A stretch of 63,432 nt of DNA, filler included, from Choristocarpus tenellus KU-1152 (lineage: Eukaryota > Protista > Phaeophyceae), in assembly GCA_964200185.2 (NCBI GenBank). It is 12 parts of 12 records of this genome, joined end to end, with 100 filler letters (N's around TTAATTAATTAA, not from the genome) between each part and the next. Parts side by side here need not be neighbours in the genome. Positions count along the whole stretch, not along the records: positions 35,108 to 41,312 come from CAXNAD020008687.1; positions 41,413 to 44,212 come from CAXNAD020024640.1; positions 44,313 to 53,450 come from CAXNAD020003950.1; 9 more parts are not named here. One strand, given 5' to 3'. The notes under the pieces are model-generated. The model ran no database searches and had not been told where the DNA came from. It worked only from the letters and a program-made list of their open reading frames with translations. Positions 38,090-50,500 of this stretch are shown here, piece by piece. The position numbers were made by a program, and so were the translations under genes. Every line of letters begins with the position of its first letter. Positions within the stretch are counted from its first letter, which is position 1.

Positions 38090-41000
38090 CTTCTTCTTGA
38101 ACAGTCCATGCGAGACTGCTTACGTGTTCAGGTCTTGCCACGAAAAACTTTGACTTCGGGCAGGGAGCCTATCTACCCACAAACGTGACTTAGTGGTCGC
38201 TATATTTAGAAGACAAATCGAAAAATCGAAACTGTAGCAAGCAATCGGTTTTAATATGATACAATCCTCCCATCAACTGTAGGTCTGGTAGTGACGGAAG
38301 GTTCGCCTTCATACCGGTTATTGTTAGAAAGGCCGCCTAACGACAGTCATGTATTTGTTGGTTGTCTTGCCCGTTCTATTCCTGGCAAACAGGCGCCAGA
38401 TGAGTGGTGTCTGACTGTCATAATATCTCTTGGTCTTCCAACATCCCAATACTTTCCCCTGTTGCAGACCTGCTTCCATTCTCACCCCACCCAAAATGAA
38501 AAGTTCTCAGCAAGTACAATACTAGAAATGACACCTCCTAAACATGAAGGGTTTTGGTGATCCTGTTGCGACTGTGGTTATTACAAAGATTCGCTCTCAG
38601 GACTGCACAGCCTGTCTGCAGTTCGATAGAGTTGTGAGCTCCATCTGAGCAAGTTATACTTTCTTTCAGGGTAAGGCGAAGTAAATGGTCCGTAAGAAAG
38701 TGAACGCACGGGTGAGAATCTTGATCGATCAACCACCGCTGCTATGCTATGCTCCTTGGTAATCACGGCAAAGATCAGGTCAGGAAGCGAATTTGTCACC
38801 TAACTGTATCGCCAATCGTGAATTGAATCCTCGAAGAAGGGTCGAACCTAGCTATTTCAGACTTAATGTCCCTAAGATACGTCATGCACTCCAGGTTGTA
38901 TCTCAACGTTGTCAAGACGCAGCTTCCTTGCTATTGTGCAGCTCACAATGCGCATCGTGAGGAAGTACTTGCCTGCTATCCACTAGATCAAGGGATGGAC
39001 AACAATTTACTTCAAGTAGGTCTTTTGATCTCACAAATTGGTGCTCCTCACTTCAAATGATGGACTTCCAGTCTTTTGTCGACGACTTGATGTCGACACC
39101 ACCGTGTGCATAGTGTTAGGTGAGGGTTGAACTTTTGTACCTTAATATAAGCATAGAACTATTTGGAATTTTCTATCGTGGAAGGAACCAGATGATAGGA
39201 ATATGCATGACCATAACTTTTTGAGTTCTTGGTCAAAAATCGGATAAACAATGTTTGAGAGAGTGTACGATGTTTAAGACACATATATGTGTGCGTATAG
39301 GTGATGCTATTGGGAGTGATGGAGGACTTGAAAAGTAGAGAATTTATGTCAGGGTAGCAATGAAGTGTTTCGAGGTATTTGACACACAGTGTATGGAAAG
39401 CAAAGAGAGCACAGATGTTTGATAAATTCTGCTCATGGTCGACACTAATTATATGTATCCTTGCATGTTACTGCGTGGGACTGACCTTCTCGGTCTTTGT
39501 TCATTGATTGATGTGTGTGGGTCACTGAAGAATGGAAGCATTGACGTGTTTGCGCTCATGCAGGCTCGTCATTTCTCTATAATATCTCTACATGGACTGC
39601 TCTTTCTCCATCTCTTGACCGACATCTTCCTCCTGCTGCTCATCATTCTCCTCTGCATCCTCCTCAATCTCTAACATTCGAGGAATGTCACCCTCAGTCA
39701 CAGAGGGAACAAAGAGGTTCCCCTCCCTCTGCTCACTCTATTCATCCCCCACGATCGCATTCAGCTTCAACTTCTTCAGTCGTAATTCTGAGACGGTGGG
39801 GCACAGCACAAATCCCCTCTACCTTATTGAAGAGTCTGTTACTCCATTGGACTCCGTCAGGTCGAGATTATTCCCATTCCGATAGGTCAATATCAGTGAA
39901 TCCTCCACACTTACCTCTTGACTTCTAGGCAACACTATGCAACTGCTAGGACTCTGCTCTGAAGACCAAAGATTTACCTGTGGTACGCCAGGGTTTTGAT
40001 CTTTCCAATACAGCACTCAGTGTCGATAAGTTGTGAAGGCAGTCTTGCGCTTTCACCAGGATCCACCCTATCGCAAAATCATCACAACACCCACTATGGT
40101 ACCCCTTTATGGAATCATATATATATTCTCGTGAACGACTTTCAATTGTGGAAAACTCTCACGTAGACCAGTTTTTGGGGTTCTCAGCTACGACATGCAA
40201 GATTCCATTGCTTCATTGGACATCTCCAGGTTGAGAGAATAGTGCCCCTCCTCTTGCAACTCTAAGACAGACTTAGTGCCAATGGATTGTGAGGGCTTCG
40301 GTAGTGATACAGCAAGTGACATACAAAATGAACTCTTGCATCTAAAAAGAAAGAAAATCAGGGGGATAGAAACCGAGTTTTTCCCTACTTCCCTAACAGA
40401 TTTATTTGTGCATGCCCAGGACTCTCATCATGCACAGAGGCGACTAGTCCCATTCTTTGCGAGACAAAGCAATCTCACGTTGTGATAGATCCTGTTGTGC
40501 AATGCATATTAAATCCTCTGAGGCAAAAAATAGCACGTGTGGTAATCAATGCTTATCGAGCAACTAGACTCCAAATTGTTGACTCCCACCGCACCCCACC
40601 TCCTCCACAGAGGCCAGTCCCTACGACAAGCGAAATTTCAACACCACTGTGGAAAATAGGACAATAGTAAGGTGTACCTTATTTAGTGTATGTGAGATTA
40701 TTGCATTGAATTGAGTCCAAGTGATGTCACTAATGAGATAGTACATCTGAATTGTCTATGGAGTTCGGTATTGCAGTTAAACTGTTCTGACATAAATAAT
40801 AATAAACAAGCAATAAGAAGACACCTCACAAGGTCACTGTTCTTTGCAATCATGTAATAACGTTTAGCAATGGGGAACCGTGTGAGGCTCCACACCTTCT
40901 TGTCTTCACTCCTGAGAAATAGCAATACCTCCCAAGGTAAATTGCAAAGGTTATGAGCCTTAGTAGTATGGAGAAAAGGAACAGGTTATGGGACTCAACA

Positions 41001-41249
41001 ACATGAAGAATTTGCCCATCTCGACTGGAGCACCAGCATGGTCAGTGGAGACCTGGACAACATGGAGATTATCTGTGGTGGGTTACGCCGGTGGAAAGGG
41101 TCTGTAAGACATTCTGCAGCGAAAATACTTCGCCGTGAACTCACGGAGACACCAATGGAACAGGAACGAACATCGCACTAGACTACGAAAAAGAGTCAAT
41201 GGAGGATGCATGGAGAACGAGATCCCCATGCAGCTCATCACAAGAGACC

Positions 41250-41312
41250 CAAAGTATCTGAGGGGGGGGGGGGTCTACACCAGGGTGTCCACTTGGACCA
41301 AAATCAGGAAAA
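41250..41312. mobile_element. MITE family A end at a contig edge. Others at 29359-29413, ~32330-32372, 35108-35130, 44032-44207, ~44370-44405 and 53358-53450.
   Basis: CAAAGTATCTG-polyG-GTCTACACCAGGGTGTCC signature. Confidence 0.8.
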
Positions 41313-41515
41313 NNNNNNNNNNNNNNNNNNNNNNNNNNNNNNNNNNNNNNNNNNNNTTAATTAATTAANNNNNNNNNNNNNNNNNNNNNNNNNNNNNNNN
41401 NNNNNNNNNNNNCGCTCTTCCCCTCTTGCCCTCACCCACTTAGGGGGATACTTTTATCGGATTTGGGGGCCCCCCCCCCCCCCCCTCCCCCCACATAAAA
41501 ATTCCTCATTCTCAC

Positions 41516-43103
41516 CTCGCGCAATCCTTCCTTGAGTACTCCTGTGCCATGGCCATGCAGCACATAGCAATAATCTTTGTTGTCCATGATGCACCGATTA
41601 AAGAACATCAAACACTCCTCCTTGGACTCGGACAGAGTCTTCCCTCTAAGATCGAGCGCGTTGTTCCCCATCCTTCAAGTATCAAGTAAAGTAAGTCAAG
41701 TAAGAGGAAAAGACCCCAATGGGGGTGAGAGTAGATATTGTTTCATGACATCAGTGCGGAGGTTAATTGCTGGGCGTACCTTTTAAGGTATTCGCGGAGT
41801 ATCTAGGGCCACTGAACTCAATTGGAAACAACTATACTAAGAGTTGAATTGACCCTCTGTAGCTAAAAATACGATTGGTCTATCGCCACAAGCACACATC
41901 ATGGGCGCCTAAGGTCTCAGTGTCAGGAGAGGCCACTACCATCAATGACTCAAAAATCAACCAACACAATGAGAACAAACCGGACCACACACTGAAATGG
42001 TAAGCGCTTCCATGCCGTCTGCCAAGGAAGGAAACGGTTCTGTGAAACAATTCCCCCACCCCCCTTTCCGCCACCCACCTACCTCATGTACTGCCTGTTC
42101 TTGGTCCCAACGGATGACATATCAACACGATCAGGACCCCTACGCTCTTCCTTCAGGTAGGACGCTGATCTCTTTGAGGTTCGTGGTACTGGAACACTGG
42201 TCTGCGCAGACATCATGTGAGAAAGAGGGGACATCTCTTGTGGGTTATTGCTGTACACTTATGTGAATACTCATTCCAACACTAGTGAGAATCTCTATGC
42301 GGACTTGTAGCGCAAGTGGATGTTCAGGAGGTTGATCTTTGGGTAGTCACAACCCACATTTCAGACCACATGCACTTAATGACGGTCAAATGCTACCTAC
42401 CAGGCAGCAGTGAATCCCTGCTAAGCTCTCGATTTTAATCAATGCAACGCAACTTCAGCAATGGATCCACTCTCTGAAAGGACTGTGGGACAGCCACTAC
42501 TTCCTCTTAGTCACTGATCAGACCAATGGTATAATCTGCAGTTCTGTAAGTAAATAAAAGTATGCCCTGCATGCAGTTCCAGTATGAACTGGAACCACAG
42601 AGACAAACCTACTCCTCTCATTAACACAGTCAACGGCACCTTCATTCTGTGCTCCTCAAAATACTGCTCCAGTTAAATATTGGGCATCAGTAATCCCCAC
42701 CCCTAATACTCACAACATTTGGTGTCAAGCACCCCCGTATACCAGCACACCAATGGCATCTACACAACAGCATGATCCCAAGTAAGGATGCAGGAACGAC
42801 CACCAACCAATCAAAAACAGGGATAGATAACATGTATCCCTCTACATCCTGCCAACGATGGTGTTTGCTAAATAGCAGCATGAGTGAGCAGCAGTAAAAT
42901 CAAGACAGAATCACTGCATACATCCAACTAATCAACTCTACCCCTACCTTCTGCTTTGGGCCGTCATCCTCATCTCGCAATTTATCATTTAGCCCCGGAA
43001 TCTTCTTCACCCCCCCTGGTGGAGGTCTGCTGAGGGACGTCTTTGAGAAGCTTGCCGCAACTGAAGCTTTGTCCAAGCTGACAACCACATCTCGGTTCGA
43101 CAA
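41516..43103 (-). CDS. C-terminal part of an Smr-domain (MutS2-like) protein. Exons 43103-42948, 42201-42083, 41672-41516.
   Basis: LDLRGKTLSESKEECLMFF...YVLHGHGTGVLKEGLRE is the Smr signature. Introns are GT-AG and phase-consistent. Both gene ends lie outside the contig. Confidence 0.87.
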
Positions 43104-43387
43104 CTTTCAAAATCAAGGCATGGGCGAGGAGGGGGGGGCTCTTGTCAGGTGCGCTTTATCGATCCACTTCAGATAGATAGTTGGATACGTAGTTGGATGG
43201 GGAGAACAGACATGTTTCAGAGGGATAGGAGTAGAGACAAAGGTTGGCCAGTGCACAAGAATCAGACTGCTTGAGACGTCAGAGTTGCACGGGGTTGGAA
43301 GAGATAGGAGATAGATAGATGAAAAATTGAAGTCCTCTTGATTAGGGTTATCTGGGCCCACGAATTTTGTGGAGATATGTGGGATCC

Positions 43388-43430
<43 letters not shown>
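43388..43430. repeat. Compound (TG)n(AG)n microsatellite
   Basis: Read directly from the sequence. Confidence 0.9.
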
Positions 43431-43434
<4 letters not shown>

Positions 43435-43442
43435 ATACTATA

Positions 43443-43994
43443 CTCCCTCTGTCCCGTAAGTTTGTTCCTTTATGCATGCAACTCTTCGGGATGACCTCCG
43501 ATTTCAAAACGGATTTTTGCGTTGGATTCCTCAGAAAATTTTACGTAAGATGAGTTATATTCGAAAATAATAATAATCCAGGTTTGGACCGTGTAGACAC
43601 ATAGGCTACTCACCTTTTGTGATACTGATATTATAATCCCTCTGTCTCGTAAGTCTGTTCCTTTATATATGTAACTCTTCGGGATGACCTCCGATTTCAA
43701 AACGGATTTTTGGATTGGATTCCTTGACTTAAAAAAAAAAATAGAATACCTTTTCTCGCTTTCAGTCCAATGCTGTCAATCCACCAATTAATTCAGTGCC
43801 TTCTTGCGGGCCTACGCCCGCCTAACCTCTGTTTCATATTCTCATAACAATTTTGGGATATACTTTTTTCGAATATAACTCAACTTCCATTTTTTTTTTT
43901 CGAGGAATCCAACGAAAAAATCCGTTTTTGAAATCGGAGGTCATCCCGAAGAGTTACATGCATAAAAAAAAACAGAATTATGAGACAGAGGGAG
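43443..43994. mobile_element. Stowaway-like (Tc1/mariner-type) MITE with a duplicated left end
   Basis: TA|CTCCCTCTGTCCC...GAGACAGAGGGAG|TA, subterminal inverted repeat CTCTTCGGGATGACCTCCGATTTCAAAACGGATTTT, and a second left end at ~43636. Confidence 0.85.
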
Positions 43995-44582
43995 TACTTT
44001 CTTAAATAGTACTGAACTACGTAACAGAGAAGGCTCGAAGTATCTAGGGGGGGGGGTGGCGGCTGTCCATTTGGGGCCGATTTTTTCATGTCGTGATTTT
44101 TGGGTGATTTGGTTGCATACGTTGGATGGATAATGAAAGTGCATTTTTCCTGGTTTTGGACCAAATGGACACCCTGCTGTAGCCCCCCCCCCCCCCCCCC
44201 CCCCCACACTGTNNNNNNNNNNNNNNNNNNNNNNNNNNNNNNNNNNNNNNNNNNNNTTAATTAATTAANNNNNNNNNNNNNNNNNNNNNNNNNNNNNNNN
44301 NNNNNNNNNNNNGGGGGGCGGTGTGTTTGCGGGCGTGGCTCCCCCCTCCCCCGTCGGCCCCCCCGGGTGCGCCCCCCCCCCCCCCCCCCCCAGATGCTTT
44401 TAGCCTCGAGTGTGATCACTTGCATGTTTATGACAACCATTTCACTTGCAAATCGCCATTAGCCCCCTCTGAGGCGCACTGAGACAACCGATAGCACCGA
44501 CTCCATCCCCAAGTCCCTTTGTAAGTGTCACCTCAGTAGTTGGATCTAATTTAATCCCATTCACACATAATAATTTCTGCAG

Positions 44583-47500
44583 ATCTGGAAGCTATGGCCT
44601 CGGTGGCGGATGATGATTCGCCGCAAATTTGTTCGTCGACGTCGGATGACTCGCGAGGAGAAGGCTAGGGAGGAAATGGAGTGGCGGAAGGTCAATGAGG
44701 ACATCGAACTGGAGAGGGAGGGAGTAGAACCACTGCTAGACTCGTACTTTGTCTACGCAAATGAGGTGTGTCTGAATACTTGGAGTGTAATGGAACCAAT
44801 TGTTTTCACAGTATGCAATAGTTTCAACTTTTTTTCCTAGAGGTTTTCTTGACATTATTTTTTTTGTATCTATTAACAAACAGATTCGCCTGATTGTTGG
44901 AAAGCAGTGCCTGACATGTGTGAGAATAGAGTACACTATCCAAAGAAGGTGCACGACACCTTGGAGGAAAGGACTACAGTTTCCTGCCCAGTTGTCATGG
45001 TGAACTTTGCTACGTAGCCCTAAGTTACAATAGTACCATAAAACACACAGCCCCGTTGCCACCAGGACCAAAGTAGTCCTTGTGACTGAATTGGTGTCGA
45101 CTCGCATAAGTTGATTTGAACATTTGAACCAAGGAAAACACACCAAGGGAACAACTAACCCTAATCCTATCCCTGAATCTATAGCTTATGGTGACCGTGG
45201 TTTCTGCTGCTGCTTCAACTAGGTTGTGGGGATCTGTTTAATGCCAGCTATGACCGCGCTCATAATGGTATTCAGCGCACAAACAATGATCCCAAACTTT
45301 TATGGCATTCGTGACAACGAGATGGTGTACTACCTGGCATTTTCATTGGTCGTCATACCCTTCTCACTTATTATGGATGTACTCATTCTCAATACTCAAG
45401 AGGTGAGTGGGAGAGTTGTCCATATTGATCCAAGAGGTAGATTAAAATCCTTCATGTCTCACATGTGAGAGTTGAAGGGATGACAAAAAATTATTAACAG
45501 GATAGTGTGCCTTGCACGGCAAGAGAATTATATTAGGTGCAACATGACATGGTGTGTGGTTTGTAAATTTGACCATGAAAGCATCCCAGAGATTGAGATA
45601 CCCGGATTTCGGTCAGATATTCATTTGATGGGGAAAAGATTGTGAAATCATTAACTAATGTTGACATACCTAAGCTCCTTCTTCTCTGGACCACATCTTG
45701 TGCAGCTGGCACATGGATGGCGAGTGTATGACTACATAGCGTATCAGCAGTATCGCTTCAGTGTACGAGAACATCGATGGATGATGCGGAATGAGACGCT
45801 TGACGAATCTATCGCAGTCTCCATGCAGACACTTGACCTTCTTTGCTTCAGCTCTCAGGTATGCTGCTCTGGGTCAACGCAAGTAGCATTTGCTGAAGCC
45901 CTTTTCTGTACCTTGAGATGCTCACTGATGAGATATTTGAGCAGGTATCAAAAAATTAATATCTTCTTCTGGGAAAGGCTTAGTTGGTGCTACATTTGAA
46001 TGGCATCACCAAATACAGAAGACATCTGATAAGGATGTCTTCATAGATAAGATTATTGCAGATTCCAAATTCTATTCATTGCAACTAGGGCATTATTTCT
46101 GGGTTTCATCACAACACAGTAACAACTGTGCTCTTGAAAAGTAGTAGTTGAAATGAATGGATTCGAAAAACTGCACAGTTTCCCCCGGTACAAGTAATGT
46201 CACAGACAGATAACCCAACAAGTATACAGAAAAATGACAACATAGGAGGTGCCTGGATGTGTAAGTGCCCCTTATCCTTAAGTCCTTGAAAGTACAGCTC
46301 TGCATCAAATTTCCCCTAGACATGACTGAGTTCTCCCTAGGACACCCTCCACACCAATAACAACTTTTTTATTTCCATTTTTCTTTCGTTCCCACCATGC
46401 AGTTCTACTTCATGACCGCTCTCTTTGCAGTGGGAATGATGTTTGGGATGATTTCAATTACAATCTTCCTCCGGTGGGAGTACAATCCCTTTGGGGATCC
46501 CGTGGGTCCATTGATATTCATCATCATGTTCTTGTTCGGTGACTTAATGCAGAGGCTGTTACGGGTCATCGCCGATATCAAGGTATGAGACTATTGCTCT
46601 TCGGAACATCTTGTACCAGGAGTCAAGGCACCTGAGGAGGGAACTAGAAATAACCCGAAGGTCCTGGACCAGGCTCTTTCAACCCCAGTTGGTCTTACAG
46701 AATGCAAATATTCTCAACACTGCAGTGGTATACCTAAATTTTCTTCAGCAGGAGCAATGGCACCCTCTTCATTGGTTGAACTATTACACACCAAACCACA
46801 CAGTACTTATCTGCATTTATATATTAAACATTATACATAGGTAAAGAGAATTGGGTGGCGAGGACTCTGGATGACAAAAAATATTGAGGGCACTGTGGAC
46901 GACGATGTCGCTGCAAAGCTGGCTATTGGGGAGGGTCGACAGGTGTGGAATATGTGAAGGCAGGAAGATCAATGACCAGCATTGAAGATAAGGGTAATAT
47001 GGGTATATTCTCCTCACCTTACCTTTAATTTAATGGATTCACTGATTCTGTCCATTAAAGGTTGTCATATGTCTCCTAATATAAATTTTGAAGTATGTTC
47101 CGTGACCTTCGTAGTGAACATGCAAGTAATCAGAGCCTTCTAATACCCTGCTCTAAGGATTATTCCTCACATCACGTTAGAATACATTGCCCCAAATCCC
47201 TTGTACACTCCATGTTAAGGGGTCATACTATACAACTCAACAAAGTAGACCTTGCCCTCAGAAGTACTTGAGACTAACACCCTGAGAAGTACTTGAGACT
47301 AAAACCAGCATCCAACAACAACACCAAAAAACCAAAACCTTCCTTATCAAACAGGCTAATTTAGAGGAGGAGAGACTTGAACTTCAAGCCCTCAACAGCG
47401 AGCGCTTCCGGCACCGATTTCTGGAGCGTAATCGCCCCTGGATAATTCAGCATCTCACTGATTTGCTCACACCACGGGCACTAGAGCAGACTGGGCCTGA

Positions 47501-50500
47501 CGGGTGAACACAACAGACTAGAAACTAGACCTTGGCCAACTCACTAACAATGCATGACATCGAATATATGACATCGATGTCGTTGATGTTTTGACATCTA
47601 CAGCATCACCATGATTGTTGGAGTGAGGGAAATATTTTCAAAATAGTTCAACTTGCAGTATGTGCTGTCGGTAATGGTAATAATAGCTACTTCATTTGTA
47701 CATGTCCCCAAACCTCAATACCACTACTATTGTAATTTTCCTTAACCCTAAGTAACACTACTGTACATGGTATATTGTACGTTGTGAAGCTCATGTGACG
47801 AATCACTCAAAACCCTAACCCCAGAGAGATATAAGAACAACAAACAAAGAACTAGTGGAGTCCTTGGTAGAACCGCTGAGTTCATAATATCAATGGGACG
47901 GGCTCATTCTTTATGGAGACTATGGCCAACATACATTAGTTTGACAGAGATGTGATTCACCATAGAAAAAAATATATTTCTGAGAAAAAAAGAAAAAAAG
48001 AAAAAAAGAAAACCTGAACATTATTTTTTTTTCCCCACCTTCACCACCCGGTACTTGGTCTACCCAAAAGACGGCCCACTTCGGAGTATATCCGTGATGT
48101 GTATGCAGAGTTGACTGGCATTGGAAAAGGAATCAGGAGGCCTGGTGACCGCAGTGATATATCTTCTGACACTGGGGACGAGCTTGAGGTGTGTCAAGGC
48201 TGCTCTGCAAGGTCATTCATGACTGCTGTATTCATATGCACCGTTGTTGGCCTCAGAAGAAATAGAGCACTCAGAGTGCTATGTAAACAAGACGATCTTC
48301 ATTTGACACATTGAAAGGCATCAACATGCATAGTTATTTTTATTATTTTTATTACTATTATTAATGTAATAGAGAAATGTTTACATTTTCAACTATCTTA
48401 TCAGGAATGTAACCAAAACTCTAGGCCTGACTGATAAGTACCAAGGGTCTTGGTACCTGTGCAATGGGTGTGACTACTCTGGAATCAACTTACAGAACTC
48501 TTTGCCTATTCTCCTCGAATTTTGAACAGGCTCAACGTCGAAAGTGGCCAAATACTCCACTTGTAGGGTCTTCTTTGGCCATAGCCCGAATATGGCTAGG
48601 AAAGGCAAGGAAGCGAAGATCTTTCATGAAGCTGGTTGCGGGAATTATCCAAAATAACAAGAGCAATACATGTGCAATCTGCCAGTGCAAGGTGCAGTTC
48701 CCTCCCCCGAGAAGACACGAAGAAAATTCCTTGAGGGTTTTACCAAAAATATTACAATAGTCACAGTACAATATTAACAGTACAATAGTAACAGTACAAT
48801 AGTAACAGTACAATAGTAACAGTACAACAGTAACAGTACAACAGTAACAGTACAACAGTAACAGTACAATAGTAACAGTACAATAGTAACAGTACAACAG
48901 TAACAGTACAACAGTAACAGTACAATAGTAACAGTACAACAGTAACAGTACAACAGTAACAGTACAATAGTAACAGTACAACAGTAACAGTACAACAGTA
49001 ACAGTACAACAGTAACAGTACAACAGTAACAGTACAACAGTAACAGTACAACAGTAACAGTACAATAGTAACAGTACAATAGTAACAGTACAACAGTAAC
49101 AGTACAACAATTGCAGACGTGCAAGCTCCAATTTCAATGTATTCAGTGACATAGGGTAGGGAAGCAGTACAGAAGGACTGTGCAGCACTGCAGGGAGTTT
49201 TGCAAGGAAAGGCCTCTCAGTTAGGTGTCCAGCACTCTTGTCTCCCAAGTCAGCCCTGACCTAAACCTGAGTGGTTAATGTGCATCAAGGATATCTCGTA
49301 TGAATTGCAACCCTGATATCTACGCTGATACCAAAACACTTATCACCAAACTGCGTCATTGTACCCATCAACATCAACAAATGGTCATGTTGACTCCTTC
49401 CCTCATCATCATCGTAGCATCATCACTGTACTAGGTTGTATTTGCCAGTTCTAAAGATTGAAATATATTGTTCGATTCTGAGTGCTTCAAAGTAAAGAGT
49501 CAAAAAGTATCTGGTGGGGGGTGGCGACTGCCCATTTGGGGCCCATTTTTCCATTTCGAGATTTTTGTGAGAGTCGGATGGATAATGTAAGTGTCCTTCT
49601 CCTGGTCAGGGTCCGAATGGACACCCTGGTGTAGACCCCTCCCCCCCCCCCTCCCCCCAGATACTTTGAGCCACATATGTTGTTTATTGGTTGATATAAG
49701 AGCATACATTTGTGCCATATCAACTTTCACCCAGGCAAGCAAGCAATTTATTTCTTCAAATTTATTACGTACTACAAATAGTATAGCGGCGTGGACTATG
49801 ACAAGATTCCTCCAGATGAATCTGGGAATATCGATTAGGACACACATAGACAGTTGATTTTTTTTTCAAGTTCAAGGAGCTTACAATCTCCGATATTTGT
49901 CCCAAAAGCATCACAATTCTTCTTCCATGAAGTTGTCACAGAAAAGGTGAAGAAGTTGACTCTACACGATATGCAATATACTACTTCACAGCAGTCACAG
50001 CAATCCCTCCAACAAACACCCACATCATTGTTCTCAGGCTGGCCAGCAAGATCGAACCCTGGCAGTCTGCCTTGCTACTAATGGGAATGCAGACCCATAT
50101 GCCATTGATCTCCTCATCGCAGGTTTTGAGGTAAGTGCCAACTGTAGTTACACGCTCAGCATTTCCTCACCCACAAGATTATTACCGGTGCAAGTCCCTG
50201 TCTGCTGCAATAACTCTAGAAGTTGAGTTATGACATGGATTTCAATTTATTGCTTCATATCAGGACATTTATAACGAGTTTGAGCTAATACTCTTGAGCG
50301 CTGAAGTATTGGTAGACCAAATCTGTCTTCCCTGCTACAGTCTCTACCTTCAGCTGGGCCCTTCCTCACATGTTTTAAAGCCAGCCCAATACCTCATGAC
50401 CCTCAGGAACTTTATGGAGTGGACGAGAGGGATGCAAACCTTTGGAAGGCTTTTTTCCGAGCAAACGCGGAATACATCACTCAATGCTCAAAATGTGTCA

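Noticed and set aside
38300-41240. Coding-like fragments including an acidic stretch
   Set aside because: Many stops and no identifiable motif. Probably decayed repeat, but not supportable.
48532-49248. Cys/Tyr-rich repeat proteins in three minus-strand frames
   Set aside because: These are translations of a 14-bp intronic minisatellite antisense to a real gene.
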